Of a stretch of 64,000 nucleotides of DNA, positions 18,447 through 27,845 are shown piece by piece. A program made the translations under genes and the position numbers. The notes under the pieces were generated by a model. The model ran no database searches. It was not told the DNA's origin and saw nothing but the letters and a program-made list of their open reading frames with translations. The DNA comes from Bacillota bacterium (GTDB taxonomy: Bacteria; Bacillota; Clostridia; Christensenellales; SZUA-584), in the NCBI GenBank assembly GCA_023460085.1, contig JAEWRI010000021.1, positions 41,904-105,903 of the forward strand, in the 5' to 3' direction. Each line of letters opens with the position of its first letter. Positions within the stretch are counted from its first letter, which is position 1.

Positions 18447-19320
18447 TCAGCGGAACCATCAGATATTCCGCCAGCTCGATATCGTCGTAGCCGGTCAGAC
18501 GAATGTCCTGCGGTATCTGCCTGCCCGCCTGAAGTATGGCGCGCATGGCGCCTACCGCCATAATATCGCAGCCGCACATCAGCGCCTGTATCTGCTCCCC
18601 GGAATTCAGCCATTCCTGCGTGGTGGTATAGCTGGCTTCAAACAGCGGGGGACAGGTGCGAATCAGCGAAGGGTCGTATTCAATGTTGTGCTTCTCCAGC
18701 GCCTTCTGGTATCCCTGCAGGCGCAGTCGTCCCGTGCCGATATCGTGCCGCAGCGATAAGTAGTGGACCCTGCGGCTGCCGGTTTTAATCATGTAATCGG
18801 TAAGGGTCTTAAACCCGTTGGCATTGTCGTTGGCGACATAATCCACGGAAGCGTCGTTGGGGTAGCGTACGATATAGACAAACGGCAGATTGAAGCTTCG
18901 GATGTACTCCAGATCCTCGCTGCTCGTCAGCAACGACGCGACGAGTACCAGCCCGCTGATTTTCTTGCTGGCCAGCGAACGGATCGCCTGCATCTCCCGC
19001 GAGTGTATGCGGTCGGTATTCATCAGCATCAAATCATAGCCATTCTTTTCCGCCCGGCTTTCCAGGCCCTTGATGACGGAGGAAAAGAAAGAGTAGGAAG
19101 TGTCGCTGATGATGACGCCGATGGTGGAAGAAGAATTGAGCCGCAATCCTTTGGCAAAAGTGTTGGGAACATAGTTCAATTCCTTTGCCACCTGTTTGAT
19201 GCGTTCAATCGTTTCGGGACGAAGATTCCCTTTCCCGTTCAGCGCCTTGGAAACGGCAGTAGCCGATACACCGCATTCACGCGCGATATCGACGATAGTG
19301 GTTTGCTTCGTTTTTTCCAT
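18313..19320 (-). CDS. LacI/GalR-family transcriptional regulator
   Basis: ATG at 19320 with a GAGG RBS. N-terminal HTH TIVDIARECGVSATAVSKALNG, followed by a periplasmic-binding-protein-like sugar-sensing domain. Confidence 0.9.
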   Translation of the reverse strand: MEKTKQTTIVDIARECGVSATAVSKALNGKGNLRPETIERIKQVAKELNYVPNTFAKGLRLNSSSTIGVIISDTSYSFFSSVIKGLESRAEKNGYDLMLMNTDRIHSREMQAIRSLASKKISGLVLVASLLTSSEDLEYIRSFNLPFVYIVRYPNDASVDYVANDNANGFKTLTDYMIKTGSRRVHYLSLRHDIGTGRLRLQGYQKALEKHNIEYDPSLIRTCPPLFEASYTTTQEWLNSGEQIQALMCGCDIMAVGAMRAILQAGRQIPQDIRLTGYDDIELAEYLMVPLTTMRQPQYNLGYSGLDILLERIEHPELPPQHILLQSELVVRDSA

Positions 19321-19415
19321 ATTCCTCACTGCTATCGGACTTTTTTGTGGACATAGACGAATTATAAACGGGATAAAAGAAACTGTCAAATTGCAGGCAA
19401 AACGAGGTGCGGGCA

Positions 19416-20240
19416 ATGATCAGCGCAAAAGAAACGGAATATCTGAAAGAAACCGCGCGGCAGCTTCGAAAAGACATCCTTTTGATGATATTTACCTCGC
19501 GCTCAGGGCATCCGGGCGGCGCCTTGTCCTGCATCGATATACTGTGCGCGCTGTATTTCAAACTCATGCGCATAGATCCGCAAAAGCCGGACTGGCCCGA
19601 CCGAGATCGGTTCATATTGAGCAAGGGCCATGCGTGTCCGGCATGGTATAGCTGCCTCATCCGGAAAGGATATATGGGGAGAGATACGCTGTTTACGCTG
19701 AGACAGCTGGGCAGCAGGCTTCAGGGGCATCCAGATATGAACAAGGCGACGGGCGTAGACATGACGACGGGTTCGCTGGGACAGGGGCTATCCGCGGGTG
19801 TGGGGATGGCGCTTGCGGGCAAACTGGATAAAAAAGACTACCGGGTTTATGTGGTCGTAGGTGATGGCGAGGCGGACGAAGGGCAGATGTGGGAAGCAGT
19901 AATGGCTGCGGCAAAATGGAAGCTGGATAATCTGACGGTGTTCATGGATTATAACGGCCTTCAACTGGACGGAGATACGGAGACGGTGATGCCGCTGGAA
20001 CCTATCGGGGAGAAGCTGCGGGCGTTTAACTGGAATACCGTCGAAATAGACGGGCACGATATGGTTCAAATTGTGGAGGCCGTGGAGAAAGCCAGAGATA
20101 CCAAAGGGATGCCTACATGGATTATCGCCAAAACCGTAAAAGGAAAGGGCGTATCGTTCATGGAAAACGATCCGGACTGGCATGGGAAAAGCCCGAATGA
20201 AGCGCAGTTTCATCAGGCGATGGGAGAGCTGAACGCATAG
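19416..20240 (+). CDS. Transketolase, N-terminal (TPP-binding) subunit
   Basis: Motifs LSKGHACPAWY, GSLGQGLS and VVGDGEADEGQMWEA. Split-transketolase architecture. Confidence 0.9.
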   Translation: MISAKETEYLKETARQLRKDILLMIFTSRSGHPGGALSCIDILCALYFKLMRIDPQKPDWPDRDRFILSKGHACPAWYSCLIRKGYMGRDTLFTLRQLGSRLQGHPDMNKATGVDMTTGSLGQGLSAGVGMALAGKLDKKDYRVYVVVGDGEADEGQMWEAVMAAAKWKLDNLTVFMDYNGLQLDGDTETVMPLEPIGEKLRAFNWNTVEIDGHDMVQIVEAVEKARDTKGMPTWIIAKTVKGKGVSFMENDPDWHGKSPNEAQFHQAMGELNA

Positions 20241-20259
20241 TGCTGCGATATGATTATGA

Positions 20260-21225
20260 ATGACGGGGGCAAAGAGTATGGCGTTTGCACCGACTCGCGA
20301 GGCATTTGGCAGGACGCTGGCAGAGCTGGGCAGAGAAAACCCGGATATCGTGGTGCTGGAAGCGGATATATCCAAATCCACGCGCTCGTCATATTTCGCG
20401 AAGGAGATGCCCGAAAGGTTTTTTAACGTAGGCGTTGCCGAGCAGAATATGATGGGTATCGCGGCGGGCATGGCGACGTGCGGCAAGATTCCTTTCTGCT
20501 GTACCTATGCCGTATTCGCGTCCATGAGGGCTTGCGAACAGGTGCGTACCTCCGTATGTTACGCGCGGCAGAACGTCAAAATCGCGGCCAGCCACGGCGG
20601 CGTTACGCCTTCCAACGACGGCGTAACGCATCAGGCGACAGAGGATATGGGCATCATGCGCGGAATGCCGGGTATGACGGTGGTGATGCCCGCGGACTGG
20701 CATTCCACCGTCGCGCTGGTGCGTGCGGCGGCGGCACACCGGGGCCCGGTGTACATCCGGCTGACGAGGGACGCAGTACCCGACATCTATGCGGACTGCG
20801 ACATTTTTGAACTGGGCAAAGCCAGGATTCTGCGCGGCGGGGACGACGTCACGATAGTCTCTATCGGTGAAATGCTTTCATATTCTCTGGAGGCTGCCCA
20901 GGCGCTGAAAGAAAAGGGGCTGTACGCAGAGGTTATCGACATGCACACGGTAAAGCCGCTGGACGCGGAAACGCTGGGGCAGTCGCTCCGCCGGACAAGG
21001 TGTGCGGTTACCGTGGAGGATCACACCATTATCAACGGGCTGGGCAGTGCGGTGTGTGAGTTTACGGCCGAGAAGATGCCCATTCCCGTAAAGCGGGTGG
21101 GAATACAGGATACCTTCTGCGAGTCAGCGCGGTACTGTGAGCTGCAGGAGAAATACGGTTTGTCCACGCAGGATATTGTGCAGGCAGCGCTAAGCGTCAT
21201 TGAACGGAAGAATCGACGCGGATAG
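20260..21225 (+). CDS. Transketolase, C-terminal (pyrimidine-binding) subunit
   Basis: FNVGVAEQNMMGIAAGMA motif. 321 aa. An alternative start exists at 20278. Confidence 0.9.
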   Translation: MTGAKSMAFAPTREAFGRTLAELGRENPDIVVLEADISKSTRSSYFAKEMPERFFNVGVAEQNMMGIAAGMATCGKIPFCCTYAVFASMRACEQVRTSVCYARQNVKIAASHGGVTPSNDGVTHQATEDMGIMRGMPGMTVVMPADWHSTVALVRAAAAHRGPVYIRLTRDAVPDIYADCDIFELGKARILRGGDDVTIVSIGEMLSYSLEAAQALKEKGLYAEVIDMHTVKPLDAETLGQSLRRTRCAVTVEDHTIINGLGSAVCEFTAEKMPIPVKRVGIQDTFCESARYCELQEKYGLSTQDIVQAALSVIERKNRRG

Positions 21226-21284
21226 CGCATCGCCGACAGAGATACGGTAAAGGGTAATCGGATAAAAGTACAGAAAAGAAGTAG

Positions 21285-21298
21285 ATACAACGTTAAAC
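21285..21298 (+). promoter_or_regulatory. Candidate LacI-family operator, second copy
   Basis: ATACAACGTTAAAC; the core is identical to the site at 9647-9658. It lies 6 nt upstream of a TATAAT box. Confidence 0.5.
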
Positions 21299-21304
21299 TC
21301 ATAG

Positions 21305-21310
21305 TATAAT
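21305..21310 (+). promoter_or_regulatory. Candidate -10 box for the lipoyl-protein/transaldolase unit
   Basis: TATAAT lies 27 nt upstream of ATG 21338. No good -35 box was found; the operator occupies the spacer and -35 region. Confidence 0.35.
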
Positions 21311-21337
21311 CAAATCATCCGATAGGAGGTAATCAGA

Positions 21338-21592
21338 ATGAGACGGGAAATCATCATGCCGAGGTGCGGGGTGGATATGGAGGAAGGCACTATGTCCGCG
21401 TGGCTTAAAAACGAGGGGGATTTCATCGCAAAGGATGAGAATATGTTTTCAGTGGAAACCGGAAAATCCATACAGGACATCCCGGCGGACTACGAAGGTT
21501 TTCTCCGCAAGATAATCGTTCCGGTGGGGGAAACGGTACCGGTGGGGACCGTAGTAGCCGTCATGACGACCAGCGCGGATGAAGCATTATAA
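21338..21592 (+). CDS. Stand-alone lipoyl/biotinyl-attachment domain protein
   Basis: 84 aa. EIIMPRCGVDMEEGTMSAWLK ... FSVETGKSIQDIPADYEGFLRKIIV fits the E2 lipoyl-domain pattern, with the candidate lipoyl-lysine in ETGKS. No catalytic E2 domain is attached. Confidence 0.7.
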   Translation: MRREIIMPRCGVDMEEGTMSAWLKNEGDFIAKDENMFSVETGKSIQDIPADYEGFLRKIIVPVGETVPVGTVVAVMTTSADEAL

Positions 21593-21657
21593 AGTGCGCG
21601 GGCAGGGCAGCGGCGTAATGCGGCCTTGCTGCGGTTTTAACAGGAGGAGGATTTGAC

Positions 21658-22713
21658 ATGAAGAATGAGACGTATTTTCACAGGGTACAGCAGCAGACGT
21701 CCACCCGTTTCTGGATCAACAATGTTACGCGCGAAGAAGCGCGGATGGCGATAGAGGCTGGTGCGGTAGGGTGTACGCAAAATCCGTCATATACATGGAA
21801 GGTGATGGAGCATCCGGATGATAAGAATTATGTTATGGAGAAGCTGGATGCCATTCTTAGAGACGAGAAGAACGACTCTGAAGCGCTCGTAAAACTTCAG
21901 AGAGAGCTGGTCGGCGGTATCGCGGCGATATTTGCACCGATGTATGAACAAACCGGAGGCAGGCAAGGGTATGTGAGCATACAGGGCGATCCTTTTAAGG
22001 AGGATACGGATACCATCATACGGTATGCCCACGACAACTGCGCTGCCGCGCCCAACATCATGGCCAAGATCCCGGTGGTCAAAGAAGGGCTGGAGGCCAT
22101 CGAAGTGCTGGCCCGTGAAAGGATACCCATCAACGCGACAGAAGTGATGGCGGTGAAGCAGGCGCTGGATGTTTGCGAGGTATACGTGAAAGCCACGAAA
22201 GGAATGAAAAACCCCGCTCCAATCTATTTCTCGCACATTACCGGCATTTATGACGAATACCTTCAGAATTATGTAAAGGATAACCATATCAGCGTGTCTC
22301 CGGATGCGTTGTGGCAGGCGGGTATGTCCATCGCAAAGAAGGTCTATAGTATGGTGCATGAAAAGAATTACCCCGTTGGTTTCATTGGCGGCGGCGCGCG
22401 CGGATTGCACCACTTTACCGAAATGGTGGGGGCGGATGCCTGCATCACAATCAACTGGAAGGGGGCAGCGGAAGCGCTGATAGCACAGAATCCGCCGGTT
22501 GTACAGCGGTTTTTTCAGCCGACACCTCATTCCGTGATTGACGAACTGCTGGAGAAGGTGGAGGATTACCGCAGAGGGTACATGGTCAACGCAATCTCCG
22601 CGGAAGAGTACGAAGGATTCGGGCCGGTGGTACACTTCAGAACCATGTTCGAGCAGGCATGGAAGAACGCGCTGGAAGCAGTTCGCAGCAGACGCGCCGC
22701 GTTTGCTCACTAG
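21658..22713 (+). CDS. Transaldolase-family protein (long form)
   Basis: 351 aa. FWINNVTREEA..GAVGCTQNPSY N-terminus and a candidate Schiff-base lysine in IMAKIPV. Confidence 0.75.
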   Translation: MKNETYFHRVQQQTSTRFWINNVTREEARMAIEAGAVGCTQNPSYTWKVMEHPDDKNYVMEKLDAILRDEKNDSEALVKLQRELVGGIAAIFAPMYEQTGGRQGYVSIQGDPFKEDTDTIIRYAHDNCAAAPNIMAKIPVVKEGLEAIEVLARERIPINATEVMAVKQALDVCEVYVKATKGMKNPAPIYFSHITGIYDEYLQNYVKDNHISVSPDALWQAGMSIAKKVYSMVHEKNYPVGFIGGGARGLHHFTEMVGADACITINWKGAAEALIAQNPPVVQRFFQPTPHSVIDELLEKVEDYRRGYMVNAISAEEYEGFGPVVHFRTMFEQAWKNALEAVRSRRAAFAH

Positions 22714-22740
22714 TACACACAATAGTTCAGAATTCGTTTA

Positions 22741-22768
22741 AAAAGCAAGAGGGAAGCCTCTTGCTTTT
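22741..22768 (+). terminator. Rho-independent terminator after the transaldolase gene
   Basis: Stem GCAAGAGG, loop GAAG, stem CCTCTTGC, followed by TTTT. Confidence 0.8.
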
Positions 22769-22868
22769 CATATTCCGACTGCGATGGGAAGATACATAAT
22801 CTTTAATACGGGATAAAAAGTATTGATAAGCATAATCGCAAATATACCTTGTTTGATGTACCTATTAT

Positions 22869-22897
22869 TTACAAAATAATTTTATATATGCTACAAT
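22869..22897 (+). promoter_or_regulatory. Sigma-A-type promoter for the two-component operon
   Basis: TTACAA, a 17-nt spacer, then TACAAT preceded by TGC (extended -10). Confidence 0.5.
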
Positions 22898-23025
22898 ATC
22901 TACATTACCTTTTTGATTCTTCGTATAAATGTATCGGTTTGTCCATAAACATTTGCAGTTTATTGGTTTGCAATGGCTCGCGTAGTATGTCACCGAGTAG
23001 TGCATCGGTAAAGGAGGGAGAGGGC

Positions 23026-24738
23026 TTGAGAGGAAAATTCATCAAGAGAACCATCAAAAACCGTATTGTCTTAACCGTTCTCGTATTAATTGTAATCCCT
23101 TCCATGATTGCTTTCTTTTCTGTTTTAGGCATATATTCTACACGTATGAACGCTGCGGCGATCGATGCGAAAAAGCAGGTGTTGATACAGATTAACAAGA
23201 ATATAAACGTGAACCTGAACAAATACAGTGAACTGACCATGCAGCTCTATTATAATACCGAACTGGTCAGCGCAATCGGCTCCCGCGAAAAAACACCCGC
23301 GCAGCGATCGCTGATCCGTGAATATCTGAATTCCTGCGTCAACTCTGATGCGAATCTCACGAGTGCGTACGTGACGATGCAGGATGATATGATATTGACC
23401 GACAAAAGCTACCAGGCTATCGACGTTTTTTTCAGTGCCAATCAGGATAAGGTTGAAGCGAACAAAGGGAAGATGGAGTGGATACCGACACAGCGCTTTG
23501 TCAGCAGCTATGGCAATAAGGAGGACGCTTTCGTTGCGGCGCGTTCCATCCGAAAAGATAACAAGCAGATAGGCATCATCTGGCTGTTTATCAACGAACG
23601 ATTCTTCAACAGCCTTTACGATGAAGGCGCGTTGTCAGATGGTTCTACCAGCGTCATTATATCGTCTGAAGGCGCGCTCATCAACGTTACGGGCGGCGGC
23701 ATGCTGCCCGATAGCTTCGCTGACATTGTAACGGAGCGGCAGGGATCGAAGGTAGTGGATATCGGCGGCGAGCGGCAGCTTATCGTGTACTCTGCCTCAA
23801 GCGAAAACGACTGGGTGTACATCAACATCACGCCTGAGGCCACCATACTGATGGGGGTTCGGGACATACAGTCAATCATTCTGGTTATCATTACGCTCTA
23901 CGCGGCGTTCATCGTACTGTTGGTGACGGCGCTGAACCGCAATATCGTCAAGCCAGTGCAAAGGCTGTCGCTGGCTTTAGGGGACTTCGCCTCCGGCAGG
24001 ATGGAGGTATCAGTCGCGATAGACGGAGACGAGGAGATTCGGCTGCTGGGGAAGAGCTTCAACGACATGGTTCGCAAGATCACCGCGCTGATGGAGGAGG
24101 TAAAGGCGGAGGAGGCGGCAAAGAAAAACGCAAGGGTTCAGGCATTGTCCATGCAGATATCCCCCCATTTCATTTACAATACGCTCAATTCGATAAAGTG
24201 GATAGCGGAGATAAACAAACAGGAGAATATTCAGAGGATGCTGCAGGCGATGATCAGCTTCCTTAAGGGCGTATCCCAGAACAATGATTTTATTACGCTC
24301 CGTGAGGAGATAGGACTGATCGAAAACTACCTCTATATTCAGAAGATACGGTATATGAATTTCGATGTGCAGTACGAAATAAAGCCCGATACGAAAAATT
24401 GCATTATGGGTAAGCTGCTGCTGCAGCCAATTGTGGAGAACGCGATTCTGCACGGTATCGCGAACGAGCAGAATGGGCTGATACGCATTTCTTCCACGCT
24501 GCTGGACGGTGCGCTGGTACTGGCTGTAGAGGATAACGGGAAGGGTTTTGATGCCAGCGGGATAACAGAGGAAGGCGAGCCTGTGGAACTGGGCCATATT
24601 GGACTGTGCAATGTCAGTGAGCGCATCCGGCTGGAGTATGGCGAGGGCTATGGCGTAGACATAGAAAGCAGGGTCGGGGAGGGCACGCGGGTGACCATGC
24701 GCCTTCCGGTTGTGCGGAATACAGCGGACGAGGTATAG
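23026..24738 (+). CDS. Sensor histidine kinase, YesM/LytS-type (HAMP, His_kinase, HATPase_c)
   Basis: TTG 23026 follows AAGGAGGGA; the alternative is ATG 22987. Two TMs flank a sensor domain of about 280 aa. QISPHFIYNTLNSI H-box region; HATPase motifs EDNGKGF and GIGLCNV. Confidence 0.85.
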   Translation: MRGKFIKRTIKNRIVLTVLVLIVIPSMIAFFSVLGIYSTRMNAAAIDAKKQVLIQINKNINVNLNKYSELTMQLYYNTELVSAIGSREKTPAQRSLIREYLNSCVNSDANLTSAYVTMQDDMILTDKSYQAIDVFFSANQDKVEANKGKMEWIPTQRFVSSYGNKEDAFVAARSIRKDNKQIGIIWLFINERFFNSLYDEGALSDGSTSVIISSEGALINVTGGGMLPDSFADIVTERQGSKVVDIGGERQLIVYSASSENDWVYINITPEATILMGVRDIQSIILVIITLYAAFIVLLVTALNRNIVKPVQRLSLALGDFASGRMEVSVAIDGDEEIRLLGKSFNDMVRKITALMEEVKAEEAAKKNARVQALSMQISPHFIYNTLNSIKWIAEINKQENIQRMLQAMISFLKGVSQNNDFITLREEIGLIENYLYIQKIRYMNFDVQYEIKPDTKNCIMGKLLLQPIVENAILHGIANEQNGLIRISSTLLDGALVLAVEDNGKGFDASGITEEGEPVELGHIGLCNVSERIRLEYGEGYGVDIESRVGEGTRVTMRLPVVRNTADEV

Positions 24739-24741
24739 AGG

Positions 24742-26235
24742 ATGATCAGGATTGCGATAGTGGACGACGAGGTGCTCGTCAGACAGGGGATCAAATCGTA
24801 TATCGAAAGCGCGGGAGAGGACATGGAGGTCTGCGGCACTTTCTCCAACGCGAAGGATGTTATCGACTTCCTGAGCCAGAACAGCATCCATGTACTGATC
24901 ACCGATATCAAAATGGCGCAGATGAACGGGGTAGATCTGATACGCCATTGCGTAAGCTGCCTCTATCCCATGGGTATCATCGTTCTAAGCTGTCACGACA
25001 GCTTTGAGTACGCACGGGACGCTTTTGCGTTGGGCGCGGACGCGTACCTGCTGAAGCACGAGGTCACACAGCAGCAGCTCATCTCTGAGATAAACAGAAC
25101 ATATATACGGCTTCGCAAGACAGCGGCACAGTCCTGCGAAGTGCCCTCTGAGGAGGTTTCTTGTGAACCGCTGCGCTGGCCGGACGGTCCGTTCGCTGTG
25201 GCGAAGATCGGCTTTCGGGCGAAATATGAACGATTTGTGCGCGTCAAAGCCGGAGCGGACAGCAAGATCATGATGGACGTGGTAAACGAGATCATCGTGT
25301 CAAATCGAATAGGGCAAGTATTTCGGCGCGGGGATGACATCCTTTTCCGCATCGCGCTGGACAGCTGCAGCAGGGAAGCTTTGCAGGAGAAAGCAGGGCT
25401 TGCCGCTAAGCACGTTTGCGCTAACATGCTCAATTATTTCAACCAGCGCGTCTATTTGGCGATAAGCGACCTCGGCACTGTACCGGATGCTTTTCGGACT
25501 GCCATAGAGCAGACTTCGGCGGCATCCGAGGCAGCATTTTATGATACGAGCCGATCCCTGTTCTTTTTCACGGACCGCAAGGCTCCGGATGCGGAACACG
25601 CCGTCTTCCACGCCAGACCTATTGACTTGCAGAGCGATGAATGGCGGCAAGGCTTTCATGCCGATCTGACGGCTTACATATCGTGTGCGCGTGCGTTCGT
25701 GCTCTCGCCCAGAAAACTGGTGCAGAACATGCAGGGTTTTCTGTACAAGCTGGAGGACTATTTGTATTCCTACTATAACGCGGCATTCAACAGCCTGCCC
25801 TCGGAACAGGCCGCTAACGATCACGGCCTGCTGGAAGGGATGGATAACTGCGATATTGTGCGCGATTATATGCTGTTCATTGCGGACAGCGCGATCCGTT
25901 ATGTTCGGAGTCTTAAGGACAGCGATGCGGCGCTGCAGCGTGTGGTGGAGTTCATCGACAACCATTATGCATCGCCTGTGACGCTGTCGCTGCTGTCCGA
26001 AACGTTCCATATCAATCCAAGTTACCTGTGCAAGCTGTTCCGGGAGAGGATGGACAAAAGCTTTGTTTATTACCTCAACGAGGTGCGCATCCGACATGCC
26101 AAGCAGCTGCTTGCAGGTTCGAGGCTGTCGGTGGACGAAGTCGCGGAAAAAACCGGCTTCAATAATGCGAACTATCTTGTGAGAGTATTCAAGAAAACCA
26201 CAGGCATGACCATTGGGGAATATCGGAAAAGGTGA
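24742..26235 (+). CDS. Response regulator with AraC-type DNA-binding domain (YesN-like)
   Basis: Receiver domain (IAIVDDE ... LITDIKM) and a C-terminal AraC HTH (SVDEVAEKTGFNNANYLVRVFKKTTGMT). Confidence 0.9.
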   Translation: MIRIAIVDDEVLVRQGIKSYIESAGEDMEVCGTFSNAKDVIDFLSQNSIHVLITDIKMAQMNGVDLIRHCVSCLYPMGIIVLSCHDSFEYARDAFALGADAYLLKHEVTQQQLISEINRTYIRLRKTAAQSCEVPSEEVSCEPLRWPDGPFAVAKIGFRAKYERFVRVKAGADSKIMMDVVNEIIVSNRIGQVFRRGDDILFRIALDSCSREALQEKAGLAAKHVCANMLNYFNQRVYLAISDLGTVPDAFRTAIEQTSAASEAAFYDTSRSLFFFTDRKAPDAEHAVFHARPIDLQSDEWRQGFHADLTAYISCARAFVLSPRKLVQNMQGFLYKLEDYLYSYYNAAFNSLPSEQAANDHGLLEGMDNCDIVRDYMLFIADSAIRYVRSLKDSDAALQRVVEFIDNHYASPVTLSLLSETFHINPSYLCKLFRERMDKSFVYYLNEVRIRHAKQLLAGSRLSVDEVAEKTGFNNANYLVRVFKKTTGMTIGEYRKR

Positions 26236-26446
26236 AGATTTTGAATCTATATCATACGATCGTGAACCCGTATAGTTTCGTGAAACAATCCACCAAGAAT
26301 CTGCATTGAAACCCCTTGATGAAAACAATAGTATCAAGCTACAAGCTGAAATAAGAGCCGCAATTAAAATTTCATTATCCAACAGCTGTGTCCTGCGTGT
26401 GTTCGGCTTTTGTTGCTCAGTGCATTAAATTTCAGGAGGGTTGCCC

Positions 26447-27754
26447 ATGAAGAAGTCTTTCAAGTTCATTGCGATGCTGCTGGTGCTGGTATCCCTTGCC
26501 GCCATGTTCGGCGCATGCGGCGCGACCACACCTTCCGGGTCCGAAAGCGCGGGAACATCTTCCGCAAAGCCCGAGACATCACAGAGCGCATCGGCAGAGC
26601 CGGCAGAACAGGCAAAGCTGCTCGTCTGGGAGCATACCCCTCAATTCGAGGAGCCGCTGAAGCAGGTGATCGCAGCATTTGAGGCGCAGAATCCGGATAT
26701 CGACGTGGAATACGAGATCAAGACGGCGGATCAGTATTACAACCTGCTCGCAACCACCATTCAGGCGGGCGAAGCGCCGGATCTGTTCTGGACCAACGGT
26801 ACCGCGACGTCAAACTATGAGAGCTATGCGGGCCAGGGCGTGCTTATGGATCTCACGGACAAGGTGGATTATTCGCTCTTCCCGGAAGCGGCGATCAAGC
26901 TGGTAGATATTGATGGACATTATTTCTCCACACCTGGTGCGACCGCCGATACCCGCGCAGTGTACTACAACAAGGATATCTTTACGGAGCTGGGACTTAG
27001 CGTACCCAAGACGTTCGACGAATTCGAGGCAGACCTGCAGACGATTAAGGATGCGGGATATGTGCCGCTTGCGCTGGGCGGAAGCTTCTTCTGGAGCACG
27101 CTGTTCACGTTTGAACCCATACTGGCCGCAATGGAACCCGAGTGGCTGGAGGCTGCGGCAAAAGGCGAAGCCAGGGTCAATGATCTGCGCGTGGCGGCAG
27201 TTTGGGAAAAGATGATTGAGTGGGGCGAAAAAGGATTTTTCGGACCCGGATATCTCGGCGTTGACGAAGGCGGCCAGCTGCTTGCGTTCTCCAAGGGCGA
27301 GGCAGCCATGACCATCACCGGTTCGTGGAACGTTACCACCTTCGCAAGCAACAACCCGGACCTCAATTACGGAGCGTTCCAGCTGCCCACGAAGGACGGC
27401 ACGCGGCCGATGATCGTTACGTGGGCTTGCGGATTTGCGGTATCAGCCACCACGGAGTATCCCGAAGCCGCAGTCAAATTTGCACAGTTCCTCGCCAGCG
27501 TGGAAGGCCAGGGCATTTGGGTCAAGGCGCTCAACGGTGTGCCGGGTTTGTCCGAAGTGGTATCGGAAGATCCCGTTATCGCTGAGATGACGCAGCACGA
27601 CGTTCAGGTGGAGAGCTTCTATAGTATACTCGGTGATTTCGCGAAGGACGACGGGAATCCGGGGCAGATTATGGAGGAAGATGCTACAAAGGTGCTCTCG
27701 GGCAGCCTGACGGCTGAGGAGTTCCTGGCGTCACTGGATGCATTAATGAAGTAA
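26447..27754 (+). CDS. Carbohydrate ABC transporter substrate-binding lipoprotein (SBP family 1)
   Basis: ATG 26447 follows GGAGGG. Lipobox FGACG. About 435 aa; pattern typical of sugar-binding SBP_bac_1 proteins. Confidence 0.8.
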   Translation: MKKSFKFIAMLLVLVSLAAMFGACGATTPSGSESAGTSSAKPETSQSASAEPAEQAKLLVWEHTPQFEEPLKQVIAAFEAQNPDIDVEYEIKTADQYYNLLATTIQAGEAPDLFWTNGTATSNYESYAGQGVLMDLTDKVDYSLFPEAAIKLVDIDGHYFSTPGATADTRAVYYNKDIFTELGLSVPKTFDEFEADLQTIKDAGYVPLALGGSFFWSTLFTFEPILAAMEPEWLEAAAKGEARVNDLRVAAVWEKMIEWGEKGFFGPGYLGVDEGGQLLAFSKGEAAMTITGSWNVTTFASNNPDLNYGAFQLPTKDGTRPMIVTWACGFAVSATTEYPEAAVKFAQFLASVEGQGIWVKALNGVPGLSEVVSEDPVIAEMTQHDVQVESFYSILGDFAKDDGNPGQIMEEDATKVLSGSLTAEEFLASLDALMK

Positions 27755-27765
27755 TACGATAGAGG

Positions 27766-27830
27766 GGACAGTAACTGCGCTGCAAGCTATGCAATGAAAG
27801 CAACCGCTGCGGCCGGTTACTGTCCTTTTC
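27766..27830 (+). terminator. Long intercistronic hairpin with U-tract between the SBP and permease genes (partial terminator/attenuator)
   Basis: GGACAGTAAC (27766-27775) pairs with GTTACTGTCC (27816-27825) and is followed by TTTTCTT. Confidence 0.6.
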
Positions 27831-27845
27831 TTCGCAGAGGTAGAT

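Noticed and set aside
19321-19415. Operator for the LacI regulator in the divergent lacI/transketolase intergenic region (TTATAAACGGGATAA).
   Set aside because: It matches the ACAACGTTAAAC sites only at AAACG, and the dyad symmetry is poor. It is not good enough to call.
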